A stretch of 64,000 nucleotides of DNA, taken from positions 1,209 to 65,208 of the forward strand of contig CALXLD010000001.1 of NCBI GenBank assembly GCA_944389105.1. Reading direction: 5' to 3'. Source of the stretch: an uncultured Spirochaetaceae bacterium (GTDB lineage: Bacteria > Spirochaetota > Spirochaetia > Sphaerochaetales > Sphaerochaetaceae). Positions 38,085 to 47,692 of the stretch are shown here, piece after piece; the stretch's first letter is position 1, and every line of letters starts with the position of its first letter. The notes under the pieces were generated by a model. The model saw only the letters and a list, made by a program, of their open reading frames with translations. It had not been told where the DNA came from and searched no databases. A program made the translations under genes and the position numbers.

Positions 38085-40276
38085 ATCTTTTTGAAGATGC
38101 CATTGACAGGACAGAAGAGCCGCTTGCAGCCCGGATGCGGCCCCGGACGCTTGATGAATACATAGGGCAGGAGCATATCCTTGGAAAGGGAAGGCTGCTT
38201 CGCCGTGCGATTCAGGCCGATCAGCTGTCTTCCGTAATCTTCTATGGTCCTCCCGGAACTGGGAAGACAACGCTTGCAAGGGTGATTGCTAATACGACAA
38301 AAAGTCACTTTTCCACACTGAATGCGGTTCTCTCTGGTGTAAAGGAACTGAGAAGCGAAATAGACGATGCGAAATCAAGACGGGAGATGTATGGAATCCG
38401 TACTATCCTGTTTATCGATGAAGTCCACAGGTGGAACAAGAGCCAGCAGGATGCGCTGCTTCCCTGGGTTGAGAATGGAACATTCGTGCTTATCGGAGCG
38501 ACCACGGAGAATCCTTATTTTGAGGTAAATGCTGCTCTCGTTTCCCGTTCAAGGATATTCCAGCTGAAGAAGCTTACAGATGAGAATCTCCATGATATAG
38601 CGATGCAGGCAATCAATGATAAGGAGAGAGGCTATGGAAAGTACCGCGTTGTATTTGAACCTGGTGCTCTCGAGCATCTTATAGCTGTCGCTAATGGGGA
38701 TGCCCGGTCTCTTCTCAATGCACTTGAGCTCGCTGTTGAAACAACTCCCGATTCCTTTCCGCCTCCTGAGGGAACGGAGATCTACATCTCGGAGGAAACG
38801 GCGGAGGAATCGATACAGCAGAAAGCCGTACTGTATGACAAGGAAGGTGATTATCACTTTGATGTGATTTCCGCATTCATAAAGTCATTGAGAGGTTCTG
38901 ATCCTGATGCCGCGCTTTACTGGCTTGCGAAGATGGTAGCTGCGGGCGAGGACCCGAGATTCATATTCCGCCGCATGGAAATCCTTGCTGCAGAGGATGT
39001 TGGCATGGCAGATCCATATGCGGTTGCGATAGTGGAAGCTGATGCCTCGGCTTTTGACAGAATCGGTCTTCCTGAAGGACGTTTCCACCTTGCTCATAGT
39101 GCGATTTATCTCTCGACGGCACCTAAGAGCAACAGCGCTCTTGGTTTTTTTGATGCGCTTGCCGATGTCGAGAGGGAGAAGGCTGAGGAAGTTCCTAATC
39201 ATCTCAGGGATGCCAGCAGGGATAGCAAAGGGTTTGGTCATGGGGAAGGGTATCTTTATCCTCATTCCTACCGTGATCACTGGGTTGCTCAGCAATATCT
39301 TCCGACGGGTCTTCAGGGTAAGATCTACTACAAGCCCGGAAGCATTGGCTATGAAGCAGCGATAAAGGATGAAGTGATGCTTCGCCGCGAAGCTCAGCTT
39401 GAAGCGGTTACTGAAGATCTCTATAAGGAGAACCTGACATTCTCTCCTGGGGATAAGGCCAGGGATAAATGGGTTGAAAGAGCGCTTTCCGGACGTTCTG
39501 AAAGCCTCCTGAAGCTTGTCGGGAAGCTGTATTCGGATCTGTCGATCCTCCGTTATTCAAATGTCCTTGTCCTCAATGCATCCCATGGTCTTCTGCTCTG
39601 GCCGCTCATGAAGAGAAATCCCGAGGGGTTATCTGTCGCAGTTGTGAAGAACGCGGAGCAGAAGGAGATAATCGAGCACTTCTCCCTTGAGCTTGATAAG
39701 CTCCTGAGGCCGGAGATTCTGATCTCGGATCCTGTCTCTGTCTTCTCAGAGCTTGAGGATGGGCTCAGGTTTTCAGTGATTTCCGGAAGGAATGTGCTCT
39801 CTAGGCTGGAACGGGATAAAGCCGTGCTTTCTGCAATAAGGGATAGGCTGGAGGATGATGGCTGCATTGCGCTCCTTGAATCAATCCCGCGTCTTTCTTC
39901 CCGTCTCTCTGAATTCGCGTCTGCTGAGAGCGCACCCTTGTTAAGCAAGGCAGAAGAGAATATCTATTCTGTTTCGAATCCTCTCACGGCCTGGGGAGAA
40001 GAAGAGCTTGAAAGTGCTGTAAGAAGCGTGTTTCCGCAATCGCAGTTCTCATATGAGAAGGAGAGTGAGGAGAGAACCCTTACGGATGCAGCTCTTTTGC
40101 ATTTCTATAAAGAAAGCTATTCCGGCTGTGGTCTTTCAGAGGAAGAGTTCCTTCTCTCATTTCCTGTACGCAGCGTCAGATGGTCGAATACTGTTGCGAT
40201 AATCCGTTCAGGCTTCAGAAGCAGCACGCCTTCTTCCGATGAATGGGAAGAAGTTGTAAGAAAGACAAGGAATTGA
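38081..40276 (+). CDS. rarA: replication-associated recombination protein A (RarA/MgsA) with a roughly 290-aa C-terminal extension
   Basis: PLAARMRPRTLDEYIGQEHILG, Walker A GPPGTGKTT, Walker B LFIDEVHRWNK, and the MgsA_C-type YWLAKMVAAGEDPRFIFRR...YLYPH. The RarA homology ends near aa 440. Residues 440-731 are additional. The start codon is TTG at 38081, preceded by GGGAGGA. Confidence 0.85.
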   Translation: MNLFEDAIDRTEEPLAARMRPRTLDEYIGQEHILGKGRLLRRAIQADQLSSVIFYGPPGTGKTTLARVIANTTKSHFSTLNAVLSGVKELRSEIDDAKSRREMYGIRTILFIDEVHRWNKSQQDALLPWVENGTFVLIGATTENPYFEVNAALVSRSRIFQLKKLTDENLHDIAMQAINDKERGYGKYRVVFEPGALEHLIAVANGDARSLLNALELAVETTPDSFPPPEGTEIYISEETAEESIQQKAVLYDKEGDYHFDVISAFIKSLRGSDPDAALYWLAKMVAAGEDPRFIFRRMEILAAEDVGMADPYAVAIVEADASAFDRIGLPEGRFHLAHSAIYLSTAPKSNSALGFFDALADVEREKAEEVPNHLRDASRDSKGFGHGEGYLYPHSYRDHWVAQQYLPTGLQGKIYYKPGSIGYEAAIKDEVMLRREAQLEAVTEDLYKENLTFSPGDKARDKWVERALSGRSESLLKLVGKLYSDLSILRYSNVLVLNASHGLLLWPLMKRNPEGLSVAVVKNAEQKEIIEHFSLELDKLLRPEILISDPVSVFSELEDGLRFSVISGRNVLSRLERDKAVLSAIRDRLEDDGCIALLESIPRLSSRLSEFASAESAPLLSKAEENIYSVSNPLTAWGEEELESAVRSVFPQSQFSYEKESEERTLTDAALLHFYKESYSGCGLSEEEFLLSFPVRSVRWSNTVAIIRSGFRSSTPSSDEWEEVVRKTRN

Positions 40277-40423
40277 TATTTTTACATCAGAAATGAAAAA
40301 TTTGAAATAATTATCGAAATAGATAATTGTTTAAATTATAATATTTTATATTAATTTATATTAAATCTTCACTTAAATTCATTCATTTTTCTTTGATAAA
40401 ATACTCAATTTTTTCAGAAAAAT

Positions 40424-40452
40424 TTGACAAATCAGGATGCCTCGCAGATACT
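40424..40452 (+). promoter_or_regulatory. putative sigma70 promoter of the sugar locus (TTGACA-17 nt-GATACT)
   Basis: TTGACA at 40424-40429 and GATACT at 40447-40452. SD AAGGAGG lies at 40461-40467 and the ATG at 40474. The promoter is preceded by about 150 bp of very AT-rich DNA. Confidence 0.45.
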
Positions 40453-40473
40453 AGAGACAAAAGGAGGCTTCTG

Positions 40474-41397
40474 ATGAAGAAAGCACTTAGCATATTACTG
40501 GTTCTGCTTCTTGCAGTAACATCACTTTTCGCTGCTGGAAAGTATAAGATCGGCATCCTCGCACCAGCTGTTACACATGGCTGGGTTGCAGGTGTTGCTT
40601 ACTGTGCTGAACAGCGCTGTATTGAACTCTCCGATGAGATCGATTACAGGCTTTATACATCCAACAATGCAGATGAGATGACAACGCAGATTGATGATCT
40701 CATGCTCTGGGGAGCTGATGCGATAGTAGCTTACCCTCAGTGGACAGGAATGGAAGTACCAATTCAGAACGCTATTGATTCTGGTATTCCAGTTGTAAAT
40801 TTCGATATCGAAATTGCATGTGATGGCATCTACCGCGTTTCCGGTGATAACTATGACATGGGCGTCCAGGGCGCAAAGTACATCGTGGATAAGATCGGAA
40901 CAGAAGGAACTGTCGTTATTCTCGACGTCCCATCCTCTGGATCTGTAGCAGCCAACAGAAAGGCTGGATTCCTTGATACGATTGCAGAGATTGCTCCTAA
41001 TATGGAAATCCTCACATATGCAACACAGTTCACACGTGAAGCTGGTCTTACTGATATGAGTGATATCCTGATGGCTAATCCTCATATCGATGCAGTGTTC
41101 TCAATGGATGACGAGACTTCGATCGGAGCTCTTCAAGCCATCGAGGAAGCTGGAAGAACAGATATCAAGGTCATCACAGGTGGCGGCGGAGCTCAGGAAT
41201 ATTTCAACCTCATGCCAGAATATACCGATATCTGGGTAGAGAGTGCTCTCTACAGCCCGACAATGGTCGAGGATGCTGTTGATATGGCACTTGCTATTCT
41301 CAAGGGTGAGGATGTAGAGCAGGTCAAGATTATCCCGACAACAATTGTTGACCGTGATAATTATCAGGACTTCCTGGATCCTACTTCTCCGTACTGA
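40474..41397 (+). CDS. sugar ABC transporter substrate-binding protein (RbsB-like, PBP type I)
   Basis: Signal peptide MKKALSILLVLLLAVTSLFA is followed by KIGILAPAVTHGWVAG and VFSMDDETSIGALQAIEEAG. I moved the start from 40393 to the SD-preceded ATG at 40474. Confidence 0.85.
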   Translation: MKKALSILLVLLLAVTSLFAAGKYKIGILAPAVTHGWVAGVAYCAEQRCIELSDEIDYRLYTSNNADEMTTQIDDLMLWGADAIVAYPQWTGMEVPIQNAIDSGIPVVNFDIEIACDGIYRVSGDNYDMGVQGAKYIVDKIGTEGTVVILDVPSSGSVAANRKAGFLDTIAEIAPNMEILTYATQFTREAGLTDMSDILMANPHIDAVFSMDDETSIGALQAIEEAGRTDIKVITGGGGAQEYFNLMPEYTDIWVESALYSPTMVEDAVDMALAILKGEDVEQVKIIPTTIVDRDNYQDFLDPTSPY

Positions 41398-41410
41398 TTC
41401 TATCTGACTG

Positions 41411-41431
41411 TGGCAGGGGTTTCCCCTGCCA
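41411..41431 (+). terminator. intercistronic stem-loop after the binding-protein gene
   Basis: TGGCAGGGG-TTT-CCCCTGCCA forms a 9-bp GC-rich stem 14 nt after the stop. No long U-tract follows. Confidence 0.55.
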
Positions 41432-41443
41432 TTCTGGAGGGAA

Positions 41444-42934
41444 ATGATGGAACTGGAAATGAAGGGGATTTCCAAGTCTTTTGGTGCCAATCTCGTGCTT
41501 GATAATGTTGATTTCTCTTCCCATGGCGGCTGTATAACAGCGCTTCTTGGAGAAAACGGAGCAGGAAAGAGCACGCTGATGAACATCCTCGGCGGTGTTA
41601 TAGATTTCAATGGCGGTGATATCCTGCTTGATGGGGAGAAAGTAGTTTTCAGATCCCCGAGGGAATCGCTTGATGCAGGGATTGCATTCATACATCAGGA
41701 ACTCAATCTGATCAATGACCTTGCAGTTTATGAAAATCTGTTCATCGGACGCGAAATCAGGAAAAAAGGCGGGATGCTGGACCGGAATGAGATGATGGCC
41801 CAGGCAAAAGCAGTCTTCGATGAAATGGAACTGGATCTCGATCCTGCTGCGATGGTAAGAGACCTGGATGCTTCATACAAGCAGATTGTGGAGATATCCA
41901 GGGCAATGATGATGAATGCCCGTCTTGTGATCATGGATGAGCCTACAACAAGCCTGACAGATCCCGAAATAGAGAGAGTGTTCTCATTCATGAGGATGCT
42001 TAGGAAAAACGGTGTCGGGATAATATTCATCTCACATAAACTCAGAGAAGTCATGGAAATCTGTGATACTTACACAGTTCTCCGTGATGGGCATATGGTA
42101 GCTTCTGGCTCCATTGAAAACGTAACCCCGGAACTTCTTGCGAAGATGATGGTGGGGCATGATGTCAGAAGCGGTAAAAACAGGATTTCGGAAAACCTAG
42201 GCAGTGTCGTCATGGAAGGCAGGAATCTTTCAGATGGCAGGCATTTTGAAAATATATCATTCTCTGTCAGGAAGGGTGAGGTAATAGGTTTTACCGGCCT
42301 TCTTGGAGACGGTAGGAGCGAACTCTTCCAGGCTCTTTTCGGTGCAGCAGGGAAGTATGACGGAAGCCTGCTGATAGATGGCAGGGAAGTCAGGATGAGA
42401 TCGACAATGCAGGCTGTATCGCTTGGAATCGGATATCTTCCAAGGAACAGAAAAGAGAATGGAATCGTAAAGGATCTCTCGATTCTGGAGAATGGATCGC
42501 TTGTCACTCTCTCAAAGCGCCGCAGGCTTGGGCTTTTTATAGACTGGAAAGCAGTGAAAGGCGATTTTGAGAAGGAAAGAAAAGAGCTTTCGATAAAGAT
42601 GGGTGCACCATCGGATTCAATAACATCGCTTTCAGGAGGCAATCAGCAGAAAGTCGTGCTTGCAAAATGGCTTTCGATGAATCCTAAGGTACTCATCCTC
42701 GACAATCCTACCCAGGGTGTCGATGTAAGAGCAAAGGAAGAGATCTATGAGATAATCCTGGCCCTTGCTGAGGCTGGGGTGGCTGTTATTGTGCTTTCTT
42801 CGGAGGCACAGGAAATAATGCGTGTCTGCTCACGATGCTTTGTTCTTTACCATGGAAGGATTATCGGGGAACTGGAGCATAGTGAGATGAACGAGGAGAG
42901 GATGATGAGACTTGCAACGGGGGTAGAGGAATAA
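41444..42934 (+). CDS. sugar ABC transporter ATP-binding protein (duplicated NBD, RbsA/MglA-like)
   Basis: GENGAGKSTLMNILGG, LVIMDEPT and LSGGNQQKVVLAKWL. The start is ATG 41444 or 41447. Confidence 0.9.
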   Translation: MMELEMKGISKSFGANLVLDNVDFSSHGGCITALLGENGAGKSTLMNILGGVIDFNGGDILLDGEKVVFRSPRESLDAGIAFIHQELNLINDLAVYENLFIGREIRKKGGMLDRNEMMAQAKAVFDEMELDLDPAAMVRDLDASYKQIVEISRAMMMNARLVIMDEPTTSLTDPEIERVFSFMRMLRKNGVGIIFISHKLREVMEICDTYTVLRDGHMVASGSIENVTPELLAKMMVGHDVRSGKNRISENLGSVVMEGRNLSDGRHFENISFSVRKGEVIGFTGLLGDGRSELFQALFGAAGKYDGSLLIDGREVRMRSTMQAVSLGIGYLPRNRKENGIVKDLSILENGSLVTLSKRRRLGLFIDWKAVKGDFEKERKELSIKMGAPSDSITSLSGGNQQKVVLAKWLSMNPKVLILDNPTQGVDVRAKEEIYEIILALAEAGVAVIVLSSEAQEIMRVCSRCFVLYHGRIIGELEHSEMNEERMMRLATGVEE

Positions 42935-43971
42935 TGGAAGTAAGTTCAGGTAAGAAGGATTTTGTATCGTGGTTCAAGGAGCTGTGGACGCAGCATCCGC
43001 TCTTTTCGACATTGATTGCCCTCATTGTGATGATTGTTCTTCAGACACTCGCACTTGGCTTTGATCAGGGATCTTTCGGTGAATGGCTTTCCATGTGGTG
43101 CCGCAACTGGCTGAATATCCTTAGAAACAATGCGACAATAGGGATCATCTCGCTAGGAATGACTCTTGTCATAATAACAGGCGGTATTGACCTTGCTGTT
43201 GGCTCTACCCTTGTAGCTATCGGTGCAATAATAATGATTTTCATCGATGGTTCCCAGACAGGGCTTCTTGCTTCTGCAGGAATTACAGGATTCCCGGCAT
43301 ACCTCATCGGAATACTTATGGGACTTCTTGCAGGTCTTATCCTTGGTGAATTTACCGGAGTCCTCATAACCTGGGGCCGTATACCTCCTTTCATTGCTAC
43401 CCTCGGCATGATGAAGATCTGCCGCTCTGTCACCCAGCAGTGCATGCAGACGATAAATCCTTCTGTCCCAAGGGCATTTACACAGATTGCAAACATGAGA
43501 ATAGGCGGCCTTATGTTCATGCCGATCGTCTATTGGCTGATAATAGCGTTCATTATGTACTGGATAAGCCGGAATACAGCCTTCGGCCGCCATGTCTTTG
43601 CAGTAGGCTCCAATGAGAAAGCCGCAAAGCTCTCCGGTATAAATGTCCAGAGAGTAAAGCGCGGAGTCTATGCGATAATGGGTGTTCTTGTTGCAGTGGC
43701 GTCGGTACTGCAGGTATCCAGAATAGGAAGTATGGACTATGCCAATGCTGGAAGCGGATACGAAATGGATGCAATCGCAGCGGTAATTGTCGGCGGTACC
43801 TCAATGGCTGGAGGAAGAGGATCGATAGCAGGTTCTGTACTGGGTGTTCTTATAATCGCAGTAATGAACAATCTCCTGAATCTTCTTGGTGTTCCTCCTT
43901 TCCTGAGAGAAGCTTTCAAGGGATTCATTGTAATCGGCGCTGTTCTGCTGCAGAAAAAGGAGAAGGTCTGA
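42934..43971 (+). CDS. sugar ABC transporter permease (RbsC-like)
   Basis: Polytopic membrane protein with GGIDLAVGS and GGTSMAGGRGSIAGSVLG motifs. TAATG overlaps the upstream stop. Confidence 0.9.
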   Translation: MEVSSGKKDFVSWFKELWTQHPLFSTLIALIVMIVLQTLALGFDQGSFGEWLSMWCRNWLNILRNNATIGIISLGMTLVIITGGIDLAVGSTLVAIGAIIMIFIDGSQTGLLASAGITGFPAYLIGILMGLLAGLILGEFTGVLITWGRIPPFIATLGMMKICRSVTQQCMQTINPSVPRAFTQIANMRIGGLMFMPIVYWLIIAFIMYWISRNTAFGRHVFAVGSNEKAAKLSGINVQRVKRGVYAIMGVLVAVASVLQVSRIGSMDYANAGSGYEMDAIAAVIVGGTSMAGGRGSIAGSVLGVLIIAVMNNLLNLLGVPPFLREAFKGFIVIGAVLLQKKEKV

Positions 43972-45017
43972 TGTATAGGATCGGAATAATAGGATGCGGA
44001 AAGATAAGCCAGGTAAGGCATATACCAGAATATGAGGCAAGCGGAAGAGCCCGGATTACGGCATTTTATGATGTAAACATGGAGAGAGCCGAGGAGATTG
44101 CTGGAAAGCATGGCGGAAAAGCGTATGGGGATCTTGATGCTCTCCTTTCATCCGGTGTCGATGCAGTAAGCGTATGCACTTCCAATTCAACCCATGCTGA
44201 TATCACGATAAAAGCGCTGGAGAAAGGCGTAAATGTACTGTGCGAAAAGCCGATGGCTGTCACTCTTGAGGACTGTCTGAGAATGGAAGAGGCAGCAAAG
44301 AGAAATGGAAGAATTCTTTTCATCGGACAGAACCAGAGGCTAGCCGGAGCTCATAGAAGGGCGAAGGAGCTGATAGAGCAAGGTGCAATCGGGCGTGTTG
44401 TGGCTTTCCGGACAGCTTTCGGGCATGGCGGACCTGAAACATGGTCAGTGGACCCTGGAAAGAATACATGGTTCTTTGACAGCAGAAAAGCCGTCATGGG
44501 CGCTATGGCAGATCTCGGAATACACAAAACCGATCTTATCTCATACCTTCTTTCCGATAGGATCACAGCTGTAACAGCTACTCTGAGAACGCTGGATAAG
44601 AAGGATGGAAACGGCAACCCCATTTCTGTTGATGATAACGCGCTCTGCATATATGAAATGGCTTCAGGTGTCATCGGGACGATGAGCGCAAGCTGGACAT
44701 ACTATGGAGATGAGGATAACTCGACTGTGCTTTACGGTACCGATGGGATAATGCGGATTTATGCTGATCCGGCGCATTCGATAACAATCGAGAAGAGAAA
44801 TGGGGAGCGCTGCTACCTTGATATTGACAGGATTCAGACAAATGACGCGCAGACATCCTCCGGCGTCATCGATGCATTCCTTGATTCTCTCGATAAAGGG
44901 GAAGCTCTGATAAGCGGCGAATCGGTAGTACCTGCTATGAGGGCTGTTTTTGCTGCAATCGAATCATCTAAGACAGGAAGAAGAGTTGAGATTCCTGAAA
45001 ATAAGGAGGTTCTATGA
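43971..45017 (+). CDS. Gfo/Idh/MocA family oxidoreductase
   Basis: Rossmann N-terminus MYRIGIIGCGKISQVRHIPEY and the EKPMA motif (VLCEKPMAVT). TGATG overlaps the upstream stop. Confidence 0.85.
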   Translation: MYRIGIIGCGKISQVRHIPEYEASGRARITAFYDVNMERAEEIAGKHGGKAYGDLDALLSSGVDAVSVCTSNSTHADITIKALEKGVNVLCEKPMAVTLEDCLRMEEAAKRNGRILFIGQNQRLAGAHRRAKELIEQGAIGRVVAFRTAFGHGGPETWSVDPGKNTWFFDSRKAVMGAMADLGIHKTDLISYLLSDRITAVTATLRTLDKKDGNGNPISVDDNALCIYEMASGVIGTMSASWTYYGDEDNSTVLYGTDGIMRIYADPAHSITIEKRNGERCYLDIDRIQTNDAQTSSGVIDAFLDSLDKGEALISGESVVPAMRAVFAAIESSKTGRRVEIPENKEVL

Positions 45018-45928
45018 AACTGGGGATAATCAGTTCCATCCTCGATGGCTGGAGCTATGAGGAGATGATTGATGAGATTTCCGCGATAGGATATGAATGT
45101 GCGGAGGTCGCATGCTGGCCGAAAGGAAAGGGAGAGAGGCGTTATGCTGGAGTAAGCCACATCGATGTCAGCTCCGTTGACGAGAAATCCAGAAACGAGA
45201 TTCTCAGCTATGCTTCTTCCCATGGCATCACGCTTTCTGCCCTTGCATTCTATCCGAATACGATGGATGGGGATCTTGAGAAACGAAAAGCGAATATAGA
45301 ACATCTGTATAAGGTAATCGATGCTGCTTCGTTCCTCGGTATCGGCATGGTGACGACATTCATCGGGCGTGTGACAGATAGGACTGTGGAGGACAACCTG
45401 GAGCTTTTCAGGGAAATCTGGCCACCTATCATCCGATATGCTGGCGATAAGAACGTGAGAATCGCAATCGAAAACTGCCCGATGCTCTTTGATGCCTCCA
45501 ACTGGCCGGGCGGACAGAATCTTTTCACATCCCCTGTTCTCTGGAGGGAGATGTTCTCAATCATCAGTGATGAGAATTTCGGGATCAACTTTGATCCATC
45601 GCATTTCGTCTGGCAGCAGATGGATTATATAGCACCGGTGTATGAATTCAGGGACAGGATTTTCCATGTGCATTTCAAGGATATTAAGCTTTATCCTGAG
45701 AAACTCAGGGAGTGCGGGGTTATGGCTTATCCGCTTTCGTACATGACTCCTAAGATTCCTGGATATGGAGATGTGAACTGGCCTCGTTTCGTTTCAGCTC
45801 TTACCGATATCGGGTACGATGGATGCGCATGTGTCGAGGTTGAGGATAATGCTTTTGAGGGATCAAGGGAAAAAATAACTGATTCCCTCAGGCAGTCATA
45901 TAAATATATGAGGGCTCTTGTAATATGA
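45014..45928 (+). CDS. xylose-isomerase-like TIM-barrel protein (sugar phosphate isomerase/epimerase family)
   Basis: MKLGIISSIL, IAIENCP, INFDPSHF, HVHFKD and CVEVED. These are metal-ligand-type positions of the AP_endonuc_2/IolE/IolI-like fold. Confidence 0.8.
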   Translation: MKLGIISSILDGWSYEEMIDEISAIGYECAEVACWPKGKGERRYAGVSHIDVSSVDEKSRNEILSYASSHGITLSALAFYPNTMDGDLEKRKANIEHLYKVIDAASFLGIGMVTTFIGRVTDRTVEDNLELFREIWPPIIRYAGDKNVRIAIENCPMLFDASNWPGGQNLFTSPVLWREMFSIISDENFGINFDPSHFVWQQMDYIAPVYEFRDRIFHVHFKDIKLYPEKLRECGVMAYPLSYMTPKIPGYGDVNWPRFVSALTDIGYDGCACVEVEDNAFEGSREKITDSLRQSYKYMRALVI

Positions 45929-46737
45929 AAAATCGGCGCATCATTGTTAATTCCAACTGCTATCATGGTTATCCTGTACAGCGTGCTCTTGAATCAATCC
46001 ATAGACTGGGGTTCAGGAACGTTGAGCTTACAGCGACGAAGGGATGGACGGAACATGTTTTCCCTTCTATGAGCTTTTCTGAGCTCCTTTCTGTAAGGAA
46101 CCTCATCCAATCACTGGATCTTTCTGTACCGGCAATGAGCGGACATGTGTCATTGATGGATGATGAGAGAATAGGGGATTTCCTGGATAATATAGAGCTC
46201 GCAGCTTTCTTCGGTGCGCACATTATTGTGTCCAGCGTGGGGGAGGCCCATATCAGGGGCCGTGAGGCAGATGATGATGTGCTTGTGAGGAATATAGAGA
46301 GCATTATCCCAGCCCTAGAGCGAAATAACATGACACTCGTACTTGAGACGCACGGGGAACATGGAACAGGCAGAAGGCTTCTGCAGATAACTGACAGGAT
46401 AAGAAGCGAGAGGGTCGGAATATGCTATGATACGGCCAATGTGGTCTTCTATGGAGGCGTAAAGGGAAGCGATGACCTTGAAGCATGCCAGAAAGCTGTC
46501 AGATATATCCATATAAAGGATAAGGCCGGAGAGGAAAAAGAATGGAATTTCCCTGCGCTGGGGAAAGGATACATAGATTTTCCTGCGCTTCTGAAAGTCC
46601 TTGATGATAATGACAACAGTTCTCCTCTATCCATAGAGATTGAATTCACTTCATCCGGATCATCATCGATTGAAGAGGTTGATAAAGCTGTTGCCGATAG
46701 CCGTGATTACCTTCTTTCTCTGGGGTATACGCTATGA
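45925..46737 (+). CDS. xylose-isomerase-like TIM-barrel protein (second copy, divergent)
   Basis: VELTATKGW, LVLETHGE, ICYDTANV, IHIKD and SIEIEF follow the pattern of the same fold. It overlaps both neighbours by 4 nt. Confidence 0.8.
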   Translation: MKNRRIIVNSNCYHGYPVQRALESIHRLGFRNVELTATKGWTEHVFPSMSFSELLSVRNLIQSLDLSVPAMSGHVSLMDDERIGDFLDNIELAAFFGAHIIVSSVGEAHIRGREADDDVLVRNIESIIPALERNNMTLVLETHGEHGTGRRLLQITDRIRSERVGICYDTANVVFYGGVKGSDDLEACQKAVRYIHIKDKAGEEKEWNFPALGKGYIDFPALLKVLDDNDNSSPLSIEIEFTSSGSSSIEEVDKAVADSRDYLLSLGYTL

Positions 46738-47684
46738 TACGTACTCTGCTTGTCGGTTATGGAGGAATGGGAAAAGTCCATTATGCCAACACAGCAGCAC
46801 TGGAAAGCGCTGTGATAGTCGGTATAGTAGGAACGGAGAGAGACAGGGAGGAGGCAGAGAAAACCGGGCTTCCATTCTTCCTTACGATATCAGAGGGGAT
46901 GAAAGCTCTCTCTGCCGATGTCATAGATATAACGACCCCGACATTTCTTCATAAGGATCATGCTATAGAGGCACTTAGGGAAAAAGCCGATGTCATTGTA
47001 GAAAAGCCACTGGCCTTAAGTGCTGAGGATGCCAGGAAAATCTATCAGGCGGCGGACAAGGCAGGAAAGAAAGTCTATCCAGCTTACGTGATGAGATATA
47101 CCAAAGAATATGATGTTCTATCCTCTCTTGTCAGGGAAGGCAGATATGGAAATGTAGCTGAAGCATCTTTCTGGAGACTCTCGGAGATGCCTGGATGGGT
47201 TGATGGAAGCTGGCTGTTCGACAGGGAAAAGTCCGGACTGATTCCTTTTGATCTCCATATCCATGATCTTGATATGATTATTTCGCTATTCGGGAATTTC
47301 AGCTCTTTTGATGAATATTCGCCGCTTTCCCCTGATGGGATGAAGCATTTCTATTCCATCGCCTATGATTACGGCAGCTTCCGCGTAACTGCTGAAGCAG
47401 GGTGGCTTCGGGGAAAAATACCGTTCTCATCAGGCTGGCGTCTTATAATGGAACATGGCGTCGCCGTTTATGATGGGAATCGCATCACGCTTTACAGCGA
47501 GGACGGTGAAAATGACCTGACCCCTTCATACAGCCGTATAGTTTCAACAGGTATTAACGTTCCCCCGACTGGCTGGTATTATGAAGAGCTGAGGGAGATA
47601 TATGCTGCTATTTCCGAGGGGTCGGATGGCAGGGTGAAAAAAGAAGAGGTTTTTACGGTTCTGGGGGCTGCCGGAAAACTTTAG
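46734..47684 (+). CDS. Gfo/Idh/MocA family oxidoreductase (second copy, divergent)
   Basis: MIRTLLVGYGGMGKVH Rossmann start and the VIVEKPLALS motif. Confidence 0.8.
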   Translation: MIRTLLVGYGGMGKVHYANTAALESAVIVGIVGTERDREEAEKTGLPFFLTISEGMKALSADVIDITTPTFLHKDHAIEALREKADVIVEKPLALSAEDARKIYQAADKAGKKVYPAYVMRYTKEYDVLSSLVREGRYGNVAEASFWRLSEMPGWVDGSWLFDREKSGLIPFDLHIHDLDMIISLFGNFSSFDEYSPLSPDGMKHFYSIAYDYGSFRVTAEAGWLRGKIPFSSGWRLIMEHGVAVYDGNRITLYSEDGENDLTPSYSRIVSTGINVPPTGWYYEELREIYAAISEGSDGRVKKEEVFTVLGAAGKL

Positions 47685-47692
47685 GAGGGGTT

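Noticed and set aside
40277-40423. AT-rich repeat-containing block as a CRISPR leader/array or IS remnant
   Set aside because: There is only one 10-bp duplication, with no spacer-repeat periodicity, no terminal inverted repeats flanking a transposase, and no cas or transposase genes nearby.
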